Below are positions 26,773 through 37,308 of a stretch of DNA of 64,000 nt, piece after piece. Under the pieces are notes generated by a model. That model searched no databases. It saw only the letters and a program-made list of their open reading frames with translations, and had not been told where the DNA came from. The position numbers and the translations under genes were made by a program. The stretch is from an uncultured Chloroflexia bacterium (GTDB lineage Bacteria; Chloroflexota; Limnocylindria; Limnocylindrales; CSP1-4), in assembly GCA_963828165.1 (NCBI GenBank), contig CAWHDR010000001.1, forward strand, positions 1,184,001 through 1,248,000. The letters run 5' to 3'. The number at the start of each line of letters is the position of its first letter. Position 1 is the first letter of the stretch.

Positions 26773-27449
26773 GGCGTGATGTCGACGCCAGGCATGATCG
26801 CCGACAGGCCGCGGGCCATGATGTCCGGCCCGATCCCGCCGAGCGCGCCATCGCGGATGATCCCGTCCTTATCGATCCAGAAGTGGACGGGCAGGGCCAG
26901 CGCCTCCCAGCGCGCCTGCGCGGAGCCGTCGCTGTCGAGTCCGATGGGGAACGTGGCGGAGAGGCTCTCGGCGAAGGCTGCGACGGCGCCTTCCTCCTCC
27001 TTGACGTCGATGGCCAGGACCACGAGGCCGTCGTCGGCGTAGCGGGCCGCGAAGCCGTTCATGAGCGGGAACTCGTCGAGACAGGGCGGGCAATAGGTCC
27101 CCATGAAGTTGACCCAGACCGGCTTCCCGCGCAGGTTCGCGAGGTCGATCGTGCCACCGCCGACCTGGGGCACCGCGAGCGCCGGGGCTGGCTCACCGAC
27201 GTGGAACAGGCCTGCCGACCCGGAGCTCGAGGCGCCGGCGGTCGGCAGCGCTCCGGAACCCGAAGGACTCGGCGAGGCGGGCGTGCCGGCGGGCGACGGG
27301 GAAAGCACCGGGATCGAGACGGATGGCACGGGCGCGGGCGTGGCCGCCGAACCGCGCTCGGGAGCCAGGGCGAGGATCCCCCCGAGCACGAGCAAGGCGA
27401 CGGCGACGCCGGCGAGCAGGCCGGCGATGATCGACAAGCGTGGCGACAT
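26769..27449 (-). CDS. Membrane-anchored TlpA/ResA-like thiol-disulfide oxidoreductase
   Basis: N-terminal TM, Pro/Ser linker, GKPVWVNF..YCPPCLDEFP, LPVHFWID..G.I. Confidence 0.88.
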   Translation of the reverse strand: MSPRLSIIAGLLAGVAVALLVLGGILALAPERGSAATPAPVPSVSIPVLSPSPAGTPASPSPSGSGALPTAGASSSGSAGLFHVGEPAPALAVPQVGGGTIDLANLRGKPVWVNFMGTYCPPCLDEFPLMNGFAARYADDGLVVLAIDVKEEEGAVAAFAESLSATFPIGLDSDGSAQARWEALALPVHFWIDKDGIIRDGALGGIGPDIMARGLSAIMPGVDITP

Positions 27450-27520
27450 GATCGCGCGGAGGGTACCAGTACGGACGGTCGGAAGCGTGACGATGATGCT
27501 CCCGCTACGCTTCCGCTCTC

Positions 27521-28207
27521 ATGGGCGATCGCTTCGATTTCTTCCGCACCCGATTGCTTCCGGCCCTGCTCACCGCGGGTGGCGTCACGCTGCTCGCGGC
27601 AGGCCTGCTGACCTACACGGTCCCGGTCGCAGCGGAACCCGTTGCCACGCCCACGCCGCGAGCGACGGCCGCGGCGACCCCCACGCCGCCACCGCGCGTC
27701 ACGCTCCCGCCGATCGGGACGCCGACACCGGCCCCCCCGACCGCGAGCCCCGACCCCAACCGGGTCGCGACGCGTGTCCGGATCGCCGCGCTGGACATCG
27801 ACATGCCGGTCATCAAGGGCCCGGCCGGGTATCCACCCTGCGACGTCGCGATGTACATCAAGGAGCTCTACCAGCCAGGGCAGGACCGGGCGATCTACAT
27901 CTTCGCGCACGCCAGGCCAGGGATGTTCGAGCCGCTGCTCAAGACCAAGGCTCCTGAACAGCGCGGCAGCGTGGTCGAGGTCTGGACGAGCGACGACCAG
28001 CTCTTCCTCTACGAGATCGTCGAGGTCCGGCGTGGCCAGACCGATCTCGAGGACGCGATCGCCGCCGATACCGAGGAGCTGTGGCTCCAGACCTCGGAAG
28101 GCCCGCGTGGCACCCCCGGCAAGACCCAGGTCATCGCCAAGCCGCTGTCCAGCGGCCCGGCCGATCCGGCCGACGCCCACCCGAAGGCCGAGCCGCGGGC
28201 CTGCTAG
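27521..28207 (+). CDS. Sortase-fold membrane protein with Ser at the catalytic Cys position
   Basis: TM + Pro/Thr linker, RVRIAALDIDMPV, YIFAHAR, YEIVEV, LWLQTSEG where sortases have TLxTC. Confidence 0.75.
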   Translation: MGDRFDFFRTRLLPALLTAGGVTLLAAGLLTYTVPVAAEPVATPTPRATAAATPTPPPRVTLPPIGTPTPAPPTASPDPNRVATRVRIAALDIDMPVIKGPAGYPPCDVAMYIKELYQPGQDRAIYIFAHARPGMFEPLLKTKAPEQRGSVVEVWTSDDQLFLYEIVEVRRGQTDLEDAIAADTEELWLQTSEGPRGTPGKTQVIAKPLSSGPADPADAHPKAEPRAC

Positions 28208-28220
28208 CCCGACCCGGAGC

Positions 28221-29165
28221 CTAGATCCAGCCGATCCGCCGCAGGAACAGCGCCAGGCCGGTCGCCCCGACGACCGTGGCACCGGTGACGACCCAGAACC
28301 CGCCGGCGTTGGTCGCCTCGCTCATCCCGAACAGACCGCCGACCGCGCCGATGCCGGCCAGGATGACCGTCACGCCGGTCAGTCGCTTCATGATGATCGA
28401 GAGGTTGTTGTTGACCTGCGTCAGGTACACGTCCAGGGTGGCCGCGGCCAGCTCGCGGTAGTTATCCAGCTCGTCGGTCAGACGGATGATGTGGTCGTAG
28501 ATGTCGCGGAAGTAGACGATCTCCTCGGGGTCGATGAGCGGGGTCTCGCGGTTCGTGAGCTGGTTGAAGACCTCGCGCACGGGCCCGACGTGCCGACGCA
28601 CCTCGATGAGCTTGCGCTTGAGGTGGAACAGGCGATGGAGCGCGTCGGGGTTCGCCGTGAGGACGACCTCGTCCTGGACCTCGTCGATGGCATCGCCGAT
28701 GCGGTCCGCGAACGGGAAGTAGCTGTCGACCAGGTCATCACTGATCGCCCACAGCAGGTGGTCCGGCCCGTGCTTCAGCATCGGCCCCACACCGGAGCGC
28801 AGGTGGTGGGAGGCGCGCGGGTCCCACGTTCGATCGTGCGCCGTCATCAGGAACCCGAGTCCGAGCACCAGGTCGATCTCGGTGATGACGACCTCATCGG
28901 TGTACTCGAGGTCGAACATCACGATGTGGACGACGCCGTCCGTCAGCTCGATCTTGGCGCGCTGGTTGCCCTCGAGGATGTCCTCCACGATGAGCGGATG
29001 CAGCGAAAGGAGCGCGCCGACCTGCTGGACCTGGTCGGCGGACGGTCCGGTCAGATCCACCCACACGGACGCGTCGGAATGGCGCAGGAGGTCCGGCAGC
29101 TTGGTGAGGGCGGTCGGGCCCTCCCATTCCTCGGCCCTGCCCTCGACGTAGGCGGAGACTCGCAC
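28221..29165 (-). CDS. corA: CorA-family Mg2+/divalent cation transporter
   Basis: WVDL, LHPLIVEDI, QRAKIE, YFRDIYDH, IMKRLT; the signature reads GMS, not GMN. Start uncertain. Confidence 0.88.
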   Translation of the reverse strand: MRVSAYVEGRAEEWEGPTALTKLPDLLRHSDASVWVDLTGPSADQVQQVGALLSLHPLIVEDILEGNQRAKIELTDGVVHIVMFDLEYTDEVVITEIDLVLGLGFLMTAHDRTWDPRASHHLRSGVGPMLKHGPDHLLWAISDDLVDSYFPFADRIGDAIDEVQDEVVLTANPDALHRLFHLKRKLIEVRRHVGPVREVFNQLTNRETPLIDPEEIVYFRDIYDHIIRLTDELDNYRELAAATLDVYLTQVNNNLSIIMKRLTGVTVILAGIGAVGGLFGMSEATNAGGFWVVTGATVVGATGLALFLRRIGWI

Positions 29166-29238
29166 CGTACCGGGGCCCTGATCGGCTACTGGGGGGCGGT
29201 GAAGGGCGACCGGCTCGCCGGCGCGGCCGGTCGGACGC

Positions 29239-30936
29239 TCAGAGGATGACACCGGGGTCCTTGTTGCCATCGCCGGTGAGCATACGCGGGTCGTCTCGCA
29301 GCGTCGGGTCGTCCGCCAGTGCGGGCCTTCCGCGCGTCGCGCCGCCGAGCGCCAGCGCGGGCGGAACGGCCGCGACCGTCACGAGCGCCGCGACGACGAA
29401 CAGCCCGACCATGATCGAGGCGGCTTCGCGCGAGGCCCACGACTCGAGCGCCTCCACGACCAGCGGATCGCGCAGCGGCCGGTCGCGGAGGTTCTCGGGG
29501 ATGAACGCGAGGTACGAATCGGGCGTGGCGTAGATATCGGCCGACAGGCGATCGATGGTCGTCGACCCATACGCGGTCAACACGGCGAGCCCGATCGCCA
29601 TGCCGATCATGCGGGCGACCGTGACGACGGACGATGCGACACCGAAGGCCGCTCGACCGGCGGCCTCCACCGCGGCCGTCGATCGGGGCGTGACCGCCAG
29701 GCCGAACCCGAAGCCGAAGACGCCCAGCCCGAGCGCGGCGGCGCGGATGTCCGTCGCCGGGTCCCACATGGCCATGGCGGCCAGTCCGGCGACACTCAGC
29801 GCAAGCCCGGCCAGGGTGACCACGCGGTAGCTCAGGACACGGACGGCGAAGCCGGACACGAGTGCGCCGACCGCGGTCGCCGCCGCCAGTGATCCGAGTG
29901 CCAGGCGCTGTTCATCCGGACCGCCGTACAGCACGCGATCGACGAACACCGCCCCACCGATGATCGCGGTCGCAAACGCGTACCCGGTCAGGAGCGACAC
30001 GAGGGATGCCGCGCTGAACGAGCGGCTGCGGAACAAGCGGACGTCGAGGAACGGGTCGGCCGCGCGCAGCGCACGGGCGATGGCGACCAGCGTCGCTGCA
30101 AGCGCGAGAACACCGAGACCGGTCGAAACAGCACCGGGGTCGAGGTCCGTGCCGGCGATCGCCGTCGCGCCCAGCAAGGTCAGCCCGATCAAGCCCGAGG
30201 CCAGCGCGATCCCGAAGAGCGCGGCGCCCACGACGTCCAACCGTCCGGCCCGCCTGGGCGTGTCCCAGCCCGCACCGGCGGCCCATGCGAGGACGATCCC
30301 GACGAGGCCGATCGGCACGTTGATGTAGAAGATCCAGCGCCACGCAGGGACCGCGATGTCGGCCATGACCGAGTTCGCGAGGCCGGCCGGGATCAGGGCC
30401 TCCTCGGGGTGCACCGCCGAGAGGATGGCCGCCCCAAGGAACGGCCCGGCGGCCATGCCCAGGAAGGTCAGGGCGCCGATGACTCCAAGCGCCCGCGGTC
30501 GGGCTGCGCCCGCGAAGAGGTGGGCCGCTGCCGCCGTACCGACCGGGACGAGGATCCCACCCCCCACCGCCTGGACGAGCCGCGCGGCGATGAGCTGATC
30601 CAGGTCCTGGGCCATGCCGGCGAGCGCGCTGCCGATGGTGAAGATCGCGAGCGCGGCGATGAACGGCCGCCGGGCCCCCCACAGGTCTGCGATCCGGCCG
30701 GCAAGCGGCATCATCAGGATGTACACGAGCAGGTATCCATTGATGATCCAGCTCGCCTTGCGCAGCTCGATCCAGGCCGAGGTCCCGTCCGCGTCGACGA
30801 GGTCGGCCAGGATCGATGGCAGTGCGACCGCTGTGATCATCAACTCGAGCCCGGCGAGGAAGACCCCGGCCCCGAACACCGCGAGCAACGCGTACGCCGA
30901 ACGGCGGTCCGTGACGCGCTCCGGCGTCCCGCTCAC
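29239..30936 (-). CDS. MFS transporter (DHA2/EmrB-QacA-like)
   Basis: VALPSI, W.INGYLL, GRIADLWG.R, ARLVQAVGGG, WRWIFYINVPIG; GTG start overlaps the upstream stop. Confidence 0.9.
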   Translation of the reverse strand: MSGTPERVTDRRSAYALLAVFGAGVFLAGLELMITAVALPSILADLVDADGTSAWIELRKASWIINGYLLVYILMMPLAGRIADLWGARRPFIAALAIFTIGSALAGMAQDLDQLIAARLVQAVGGGILVPVGTAAAAHLFAGAARPRALGVIGALTFLGMAAGPFLGAAILSAVHPEEALIPAGLANSVMADIAVPAWRWIFYINVPIGLVGIVLAWAAGAGWDTPRRAGRLDVVGAALFGIALASGLIGLTLLGATAIAGTDLDPGAVSTGLGVLALAATLVAIARALRAADPFLDVRLFRSRSFSAASLVSLLTGYAFATAIIGGAVFVDRVLYGGPDEQRLALGSLAAATAVGALVSGFAVRVLSYRVVTLAGLALSVAGLAAMAMWDPATDIRAAALGLGVFGFGFGLAVTPRSTAAVEAAGRAAFGVASSVVTVARMIGMAIGLAVLTAYGSTTIDRLSADIYATPDSYLAFIPENLRDRPLRDPLVVEALESWASREAASIMVGLFVVAALVTVAAVPPALALGGATRGRPALADDPTLRDDPRMLTGDGNKDPGVIL

Positions 30937-31946
30937 TGCGAGGCGACCCGGAAGCCGATGTGCTTGTCGCCGTACGTCGGTGGGTCTTCGTAGTGCCGGT
31001 AGGCCGAGCGCGCCACGAACTCGTTGCTCCCCCACCAGCCGCCCTTCTCGACCTTGGTGGTGCCGGTCGCCGGACCGGTCGGATCGGTATCCGGGCTGGT
31101 GGCGTAGTAGTCGGCCGCCAGCCAGTCGGAGACCCATTCCATGGCGTTCCCGGCCATGTCGTTGGCGCCCACCCAGCTGACCCCGGTCGGGTAGCTCCCG
31201 ACCGGGGTAGGGGCGACGCTGTTGACGACGTTGGCGCGGTCGGTATCGAACGTGTCGCCCCACGGGTAGATCGGGGACTCAGGTCCACGAGCCGCGTACT
31301 CCCACTCGGCCTCGGTCGGAAGACGGCCGCCACGCCAGGCCGCGTACGCATTTGCCTCGAACCAGGTCAGGCACATCCGGGGCTGATCCGGCACATCGCC
31401 CTGACAGTGGAGCGGCAGGCGAGCCGCATCCTTCCCGCCCAGCCACGCCCATCCGTCAGGTGACCAGAGCGCCTGATTCGCATAGCCCCCGGCCTCGACG
31501 AAGCCCGCGAATGCCCGGTTCGTGACCTCGTCCCGGTCGATCCAGTAGCCCTTCGTGAGCGTGACCTCGTGCGCGGGCTGCTCGCTCGGGAACTCGCTGG
31601 CGACCCACGGCGGCGGGTCTGCCGCGGTCAGGGCGGCGATGGCCTCCGCGTCGGTGCCCATCGTGAAGGTCCCGGCCGGCACCCAGACCTGGTCGATCCC
31701 GAACGGGTCGGTGCGTTGCTGGCCGGCCGTCTGGCCGTCGGACGGGACCGGGGTGGGGGCCGCAGATGGCGCCTCACTCGATGCGACGGACGCCGCTGCA
31801 CTCGGCGCGCTGGAGGTGCTTGCCGGCGTGGTCGCCGACGGCGCTGCGGTCGAAGGGGTCCCGCCCGAGCAGGCGGCGAGCAGTAGCGTGCCGGTCAGGA
31901 GGATCGCGCCCGCGCGGGCACGACCGAGGGGTAGGGAGGACTGCAT
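30933..31946 (-). CDS. Lipoprotein with an FGE-sulfatase (SUMF1/EgtB/PvdO) domain
   Basis: Lipobox LAAC, FTMG, EVTN..F..F, RLPTEAEWEYAARG, DMAGNAMEWV.D, IGFR. Confidence 0.9.
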   Translation of the reverse strand: MQSSLPLGRARAGAILLTGTLLLAACSGGTPSTAAPSATTPASTSSAPSAAASVASSEAPSAAPTPVPSDGQTAGQQRTDPFGIDQVWVPAGTFTMGTDAEAIAALTAADPPPWVASEFPSEQPAHEVTLTKGYWIDRDEVTNRAFAGFVEAGGYANQALWSPDGWAWLGGKDAARLPLHCQGDVPDQPRMCLTWFEANAYAAWRGGRLPTEAEWEYAARGPESPIYPWGDTFDTDRANVVNSVAPTPVGSYPTGVSWVGANDMAGNAMEWVSDWLAADYYATSPDTDPTGPATGTTKVEKGGWWGSNEFVARSAYRHYEDPPTYGDKHIGFRVASQ

Positions 31947-32014
31947 CGGCTGATGCTACCCGTACGGATGGGAGAGATCGGTCCGGCCCTTGCTACCACG
32001 AGTGCAGGGTCGGC

Positions 32015-32069
32015 TTGACACGAGCGCGCCGTTGCATCAACATCCGTTGATATCAACCGGCGTTGATGC
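32015..32069 (+). promoter_or_regulatory. Promoter (-35 TTGACA) with a tandem palindromic ArsR-type operator
   Basis: TTGACA at 32015-32020; ATCAAC-atcc-GTTGAT immediately followed by ATCAAC-cggc-GTTGAT (32036-32067), upstream of an ArsR gene. Confidence 0.75.
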
Positions 32070-32174
32070 GTCGTCCATGCGGAAACCTCATTCCGCGGAT
32101 CGCACCCCGGCCTTGGAGATCCACCGCTCTTGCCGACCCCCGCCCGTTTTCGGACCACGATCGCCTCGATCGTC

Positions 32175-32477
32175 GTGCAGCCCGACGACCTGCGCGAGCT
32201 GCGCACCTTCCACAAAGCCCTTGCCGACGTGAATCGGCTGCGCATCGTCCGTCGGCTGGCGGAAGGCGAGTCCAGCGTGGCCGAGCTCATCGCGCACGTC
32301 GGACTCAGCCAGCCCCTGGTCAGCCACCACCTCAAGCGGCTGCGCGTCGCCGGTCTCGTCGGGACACGCCGCGTCGGACGCGAGACGATCTGCACGCTGC
32401 GCCCCGAGGCATTCGGCGAGGTCGCGGCGCGCGAACGAGCGATCCTGGGCATCGCGAGCCGGGCAGCCGCCGGATGA
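32175..32477 (+). CDS. ArsR/SmtB-family transcriptional regulator
   Basis: [38 protein letters not shown]. Confidence 0.92.
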   Translation: MQPDDLRELRTFHKALADVNRLRIVRRLAEGESSVAELIAHVGLSQPLVSHHLKRLRVAGLVGTRRVGRETICTLRPEAFGEVAARERAILGIASRAAAG

Positions 32478-33181
32478 CCCTCTCGAACGAGTCCCGGGCC
32501 CGGTTCAAGAACGTGTTCGTTCCCGTGGCGATGGCGATGGGCCGCGCCGGACTGACGCCCGATGCCCTGACCCTCGTCGGGTTCGGGATCACGGTGGTCG
32601 GCGCCGTCTTGCTCGCCATGCAACTCTGGCTCGTCGGCGGGATCGTCGTCTTCGTCGGCGGCGTGTTCGACATGTTCGACGGCACGCTCGCCCGCGCCAC
32701 CGGCAAGGTCAGCAAGCTCGGCGCATTCATGGACAGCGTGTGCGACAAGGCCGGCGAGATCGTCGTCTACCTGGGACTCGTCGTAGGCCTCCAGGCCGCG
32801 GGCATCGTCGAAGGCCCATTTCTGGCAGCGGCGGCCATGGGCGCCGCCGTGATGGTCAGCTACACGCGGGCCAAGTCGGAAGGTCTCGGATTCACGAGCG
32901 GCAGCGGCATGGGCGCCGTCGGGATCATGCCCCGCGAAGTTCGCCTGGTGATCCTCAGCCTGGGGATCGTCCTGGCCGGCTTCGGCACGGTAAACCTGGT
33001 CCCGCAACCCGGCGCCACCTGTATCGAGTCGTGCCTGCAGCCCGGCGGGATCGTCCTGCTCGGCGCCCTCGCGATCATTGCGATCGGCGGCCTCCTCACC
33101 ACCATCCAACGCATCCTCCACGTCCGAAGCCAGGCGAGGCAGCAGGCCTCCATCACGAACCCAACGGAGACGAACACGTGA
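32474..33181 (+). CDS. CDP-alcohol phosphatidyltransferase (phosphatidylinositol-phosphate synthase-like)
   Basis: [37 protein letters not shown]; adjacent to ino1. Confidence 0.9.
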   Translation: MTLSNESRARFKNVFVPVAMAMGRAGLTPDALTLVGFGITVVGAVLLAMQLWLVGGIVVFVGGVFDMFDGTLARATGKVSKLGAFMDSVCDKAGEIVVYLGLVVGLQAAGIVEGPFLAAAAMGAAVMVSYTRAKSEGLGFTSGSGMGAVGIMPREVRLVILSLGIVLAGFGTVNLVPQPGATCIESCLQPGGIVLLGALAIIAIGGLLTTIQRILHVRSQARQQASITNPTETNT

Positions 33182-34437
33182 GCAAGAACGGAACCAACGG
33201 CAACGGCAAGAACGGCTCCACGCCGTCCAACACCTGGGCGGGCGCTGGGCGCCGGGGCGACGGCAAGATCCGGGTCGCCATCGTCGGCGTCGGGAACTGC
33301 GCGAGCAGCCTCGTCCAGGGCCGCTACTACTACGAGAACGCGAACGCGGACGACTTCATCCCGGGCCTGATGCACGTCGATCTCGGCGGCTATCACGTCC
33401 GCGACATCGATTTCGTCGCGGCCTTCGACATCGACAAGAACAAGGTGGGCAAGGACCTCGCCGAGGCGATCTACACGAAGCCGAACAACACCTACACCTT
33501 CCACAAGGTCGGGCATACCGGCGTCACGGTCGAGCGCGGAATGGTCCACGACGGCCTCGGCAAGTACCTGTCCCAGATCATCGAGAAGGCGCCAGGCGAG
33601 ACCGCCGACATCGTCGGCATCCTCAAGGAGCGCGAAGTCGATGTGATGGTCTCCTACCTGCCGGTCGGCAGCGAAGAGGCGACGAAGTGGTACGCCGAGC
33701 AGGCGCTTGCCGCAGGCGTCGGGTTCGTCAACGCGATCCCGGTCTTCATCGGACGCGAGCCGTACTGGCAGCGGCGGTTCGCGCAGGCCGGGTTGCCCGT
33801 CATCGGCGACGACATCAAGAGCCAGGTCGGCGCCACGATCAGCCATCGCGTGCTGACTCGCCTGTTCATGGATCGCGGCGTCCGCCTGGACCGCACGTAC
33901 CAGCTCAACTTCGGCGGCAACACCGACTTCCTCAACATGCTGGAGCGCGAGCGTCTCGAGTCCAAGAAGATCTCGAAGACGAACGCGGTCACCTCGATGC
34001 TCGATTACGAGATGGACCCCGATAACGTCCATGTCGGGCCGAGCGACCACGTCCCGTGGCTCGAGGACCGCAAGTGGTGCTACATCCGGATGGAAGGCAC
34101 CACATTCGGCGACGTGCCGCTCAACGCGGAGCTGAAGCTCGAGGTCTGGGACAGCCCCAACAGCGCGGGCGTCATCACCGACGCCATCCGCTGCCTGAAG
34201 CTGGGCCTGGACCGCGGGCTCAAGGGCACGCTGGTGGCTCCGTCGTCGTACTTCATGAAGAGCCCGCCGCACCAGATCCACGACGACATCGCGTACAACC
34301 GGGTCGAGGCGTTCATCCGCGGCGACGACAACGAGACGCTGGTCGGGACCGAGAAGCCCGAGATGCGCAAGCTGCGCAAGCTCGCCGGGAGCCCGGCGAA
34401 GACCCCGGCCAAGGTCGCGACCACCGCGGGGCTGTGA
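33178..34437 (+). CDS. ino1: myo-inositol-3-phosphate synthase
   Basis: [64 protein letters not shown]. Confidence 0.96.
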   Translation: MSKNGTNGNGKNGSTPSNTWAGAGRRGDGKIRVAIVGVGNCASSLVQGRYYYENANADDFIPGLMHVDLGGYHVRDIDFVAAFDIDKNKVGKDLAEAIYTKPNNTYTFHKVGHTGVTVERGMVHDGLGKYLSQIIEKAPGETADIVGILKEREVDVMVSYLPVGSEEATKWYAEQALAAGVGFVNAIPVFIGREPYWQRRFAQAGLPVIGDDIKSQVGATISHRVLTRLFMDRGVRLDRTYQLNFGGNTDFLNMLERERLESKKISKTNAVTSMLDYEMDPDNVHVGPSDHVPWLEDRKWCYIRMEGTTFGDVPLNAELKLEVWDSPNSAGVITDAIRCLKLGLDRGLKGTLVAPSSYFMKSPPHQIHDDIAYNRVEAFIRGDDNETLVGTEKPEMRKLRKLAGSPAKTPAKVATTAGL

Positions 34438-35483
34438 CCGCCACCGACGAGCGGCCACGGGCCGACGCAAGGGCCTCCGACCGCCGGCTGGAGGCCCCCC
34501 ACCGGCGCGGTGGCGCGAGCCCGCGCGTCCTGGAGCGCGCGGCGGTAGCCGGATATCGCGCGATCTCGTGGGTCCTGGCCACGGTCCCGCCGAAGCCGGC
34601 CGCGACCCTGATCGGGCGCGCCTCGCAGCTGTCCTACCTTGCCTGGCCGACCAAGCGGCGCTGGTCCAACCGCAACTTCGGGCACGTCCTGGGGCTGCCG
34701 CCGGACCACCGCAGGGTCCGATCGATGGCCCTGCGTGCGTATTACGGCTATGGCCGCTACCTCGTCGAGTTGATGCGCCTGCCCACGGACACGCCCGAGG
34801 AGCGGGCGGCGATGGTCCCGGACCTCGATGCGGTCGAGTTCAAGCGGCTGTGGCGCGAGGCGCCCAACGGGGGCGGCATGATCTTCGTGGTCGGACACGT
34901 CGGCAGCAACGATGCCGTGGCGGCCGCGATCGCCCGCCACGAGATGCCGATCAGCGTCGTGGCCGACGATTCGGCCTTCCCGGAACTCTTCGAGCTGCTG
35001 CGCAGCCAGCGCGAGGCCTGGGGCGTGCGCATCATCGGCTGGCGCAACCTGCGCGCGATCTTCGGCGTGCTCCGCCGGCGCGAGATGCTCGGTCTGCTCG
35101 TGGACTGGGGCTACCGCGCAGACGGGATCCCCGTGAAGCTGTTCGGGCAGTGGACGGCGTTGCCCGCAGGCCCGGCGACGCTGGCCGCGAAGACCGGCTC
35201 CCGCATCCTGCCCGTCAGCATCCGCCGCCGCCCCAACGGGACGTTCCTCGTGACATGGCCGGGTCCGATCGACCTCGTGTCGGGCGATCCGGCCGAGCTC
35301 CAGCGCGCGACCCAGTCGATCGCGGACGCGCTCGCCACCACGATCGCCGCCGCACCGGACCAGTGGTACAGCTTCAAGCCCATCTGGCCGGCCACACCCG
35401 AGGAGGCCGCCGACCTCGAGCGCCGCGCGACCCTGATGCAGGCAGGCATCGCCGATCCGGGACCGGCGCCGGAGTTCGCCTGA
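34434..35483 (+). CDS. PatA/LpxL-family lipid acyltransferase (copy 1)
   Basis: GHVGSND (HxxxxD/E), LLVDW, V.LFG....PAGPA.LA.KTG, PDQWY. Confidence 0.85.
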   Translation: MTATDERPRADARASDRRLEAPHRRGGASPRVLERAAVAGYRAISWVLATVPPKPAATLIGRASQLSYLAWPTKRRWSNRNFGHVLGLPPDHRRVRSMALRAYYGYGRYLVELMRLPTDTPEERAAMVPDLDAVEFKRLWREAPNGGGMIFVVGHVGSNDAVAAAIARHEMPISVVADDSAFPELFELLRSQREAWGVRIIGWRNLRAIFGVLRRREMLGLLVDWGYRADGIPVKLFGQWTALPAGPATLAAKTGSRILPVSIRRRPNGTFLVTWPGPIDLVSGDPAELQRATQSIADALATTIAAAPDQWYSFKPIWPATPEEAADLERRATLMQAGIADPGPAPEFA

Positions 35484-35485
35484 CC

Positions 35486-36490
35486 GTGCGAGCCGTCCGC
35501 AGCTGGATCAGCGTCCGGTTGTTGCTCATCGCATCCTGGCTGGCCTGCCGCCTGCCGGAGCGCTTGCTCGTCCCACTAGCGGAGCTCGCGGGCGACGTCT
35601 GGTATCGCACGACGCCCGATCGCGCGGCCCAGGCGCGGCGAAACCTGCGTCGCGTCGCCGAGGATCTGGCGCGTCGCGGCCGGGGCACGCCAGGCGTCCG
35701 GGCTGCTGCCACCGACCCGCGGGCCCTCGAGCGTCTCGTGCGGCTCGCCTACCGGCATGCGGCCCGCTACTACCTCGAGGTCGTCCGCACGCCGGGCCTG
35801 CGTCCGGGCGATGTCGATGAGCGGATGGACATCGAAACCCCGGACCTGGTCGCCGACGCGTTCACACCCGGACGCGCCGCGATCTTCGTCGGGCTGCACT
35901 TCGGGGCGATCGAGCTCCCGGCGATCCTGCTCGCATCGCGGGTCGGCGGGGCGGTCGCACCCATGGAGACCATCGACGATCGGCGCCTCCAGGACTGGTT
36001 CGTCCGGACGCGCGGCGCGGTCGGCGTCCGCATCGTCGGGCTGCGTGAGGCGCGCCGCGAGCTCCAGGCGGCGCTTCGGGCCGGGACGAGCGTCGGGCTC
36101 GTCGGGGACCGGGACCTGACCGGCGGCGGGGTGCTGACGGAACTGTTCGGAGCGCCGGCACAGCTGCCGCTGGGGCCCGCCATGCTCGGCGTGGAAAGCG
36201 GCGCGCCCTTGTTCGTGATGGGCGTTCGCCGGACGGGCATCGGCCGCTACAAGGGCCGGCTGGAACCCGTGCCGACACCGACCGACGGTAGCCGTCGCGA
36301 GCGCGTGACCACGACGATGGTCGGCATCGCGCGGGCATTCGAGCGTATCGTCGAGGACGCCCCCGAGCAGTGGTGGGCGGTATTCTTCCCGATCTGGCCG
36401 GACCTGGAGCGAGCCACGGCCACGGCCACCGCCGCGGCCGAAGCATCGGTGCCACCCGAGTCGTCATCGCAGAAGGCGCGCACGACATGA
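35486..36490 (+). CDS. PatA/LpxL-family lipid acyltransferase (copy 2)
   Basis: LHFGAIE, LVGDRDL..GG...LFG.PA.LP.GPA, PEQWW..F.PIW. Confidence 0.87.
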   Translation: MRAVRSWISVRLLLIASWLACRLPERLLVPLAELAGDVWYRTTPDRAAQARRNLRRVAEDLARRGRGTPGVRAAATDPRALERLVRLAYRHAARYYLEVVRTPGLRPGDVDERMDIETPDLVADAFTPGRAAIFVGLHFGAIELPAILLASRVGGAVAPMETIDDRRLQDWFVRTRGAVGVRIVGLREARRELQAALRAGTSVGLVGDRDLTGGGVLTELFGAPAQLPLGPAMLGVESGAPLFVMGVRRTGIGRYKGRLEPVPTPTDGSRRERVTTTMVGIARAFERIVEDAPEQWWAVFFPIWPDLERATATATAAAEASVPPESSSQKARTT

Positions 36491-37308
36491 CCGAGCCGCA
36501 GGCGACTGAGCGATACGGCCGAGCCGACCTCCACATCCACACGATCGCGTCGGACGGGATCGCCGACGTCGCGAGCATCCTCGACCATGTCGCCGCGCGC
36601 GGCGACCTGGACGTCATCGCCATCACCGACCACGAGCGCATCGACGCCGCCGTGGCCGCGCAGGCGATGGCCCGCGACCGAGGCGTCGCCATCGATGTCG
36701 TCGTCGGTGAGGAGGTCACGACCCTCGGCGGCCACCTGCTGGCCCTGTGGATCGATCGGCCGATCCGGCCCTACCGGTCGTTGCGGAACACGATCAAGGA
36801 GGTCCATGCCGCGGGCGGTCTGGCCATCCCGGCCCACCCGCTCGTGCCGTATCCGCTGTGCGCCCAGGGTCGGGTGCTGCGGAACCTCCTGGACGACGGC
36901 GACGAGACCGTGCGCCCGGATGGGCTCGAGACGTTCAATCCGACGGCGCTGGGCCGCCCGTGGCACGATCGCGTGGTGCGCTTCGCCGATGAACACGGCC
37001 TCGCCCGGGTGGGCAACAGCGATGCCCACGCCCTCGCTGCCATCGGGGCCGGCTGGACGACGTTCGAGGGCCGCAGCGGCGCGGAGCTTCGCCGGGCCAT
37101 CGAAGCACGTGAGACGGACCACCAGGGATCGTTCCACGATGCCGTGGGACAGGTCGGCGTGTTCGGGAAGCAACTGACGAAACGAGCGCGCGACGCCCGG
37201 GACGAGCTCGCTGGCCGCGTTCGCCGTGACGGGACCGGACGCGACCACGGCTACCCTGGCGGCCGTGCCAGGCCACCCAGGTACGACCCGGCGGACGAGC
37301 GGCGATGA
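36487..37308 (+). CDS. PHP-domain metal-dependent phosphoesterase
   Basis: DLHIHT..SDG, AITDH, GEEV, GH, PAHP, GNSDAH. Confidence 0.9.
   Translation: MTEPQATERYGRADLHIHTIASDGIADVASILDHVAARGDLDVIAITDHERIDAAVAAQAMARDRGVAIDVVVGEEVTTLGGHLLALWIDRPIRPYRSLRNTIKEVHAAGGLAIPAHPLVPYPLCAQGRVLRNLLDDGDETVRPDGLETFNPTALGRPWHDRVVRFADEHGLARVGNSDAHALAAIGAGWTTFEGRSGAELRRAIEARETDHQGSFHDAVGQVGVFGKQLTKRARDARDELAGRVRRDGTGRDHGYPGGRARPPRYDPADERR

Noticed and set aside
30933-31946. True formylglycine-generating enzyme or DGR target
   Set aside because: The catalytic cysteines are absent, and no sulfatase, reverse transcriptase or template repeat is seen in the window.
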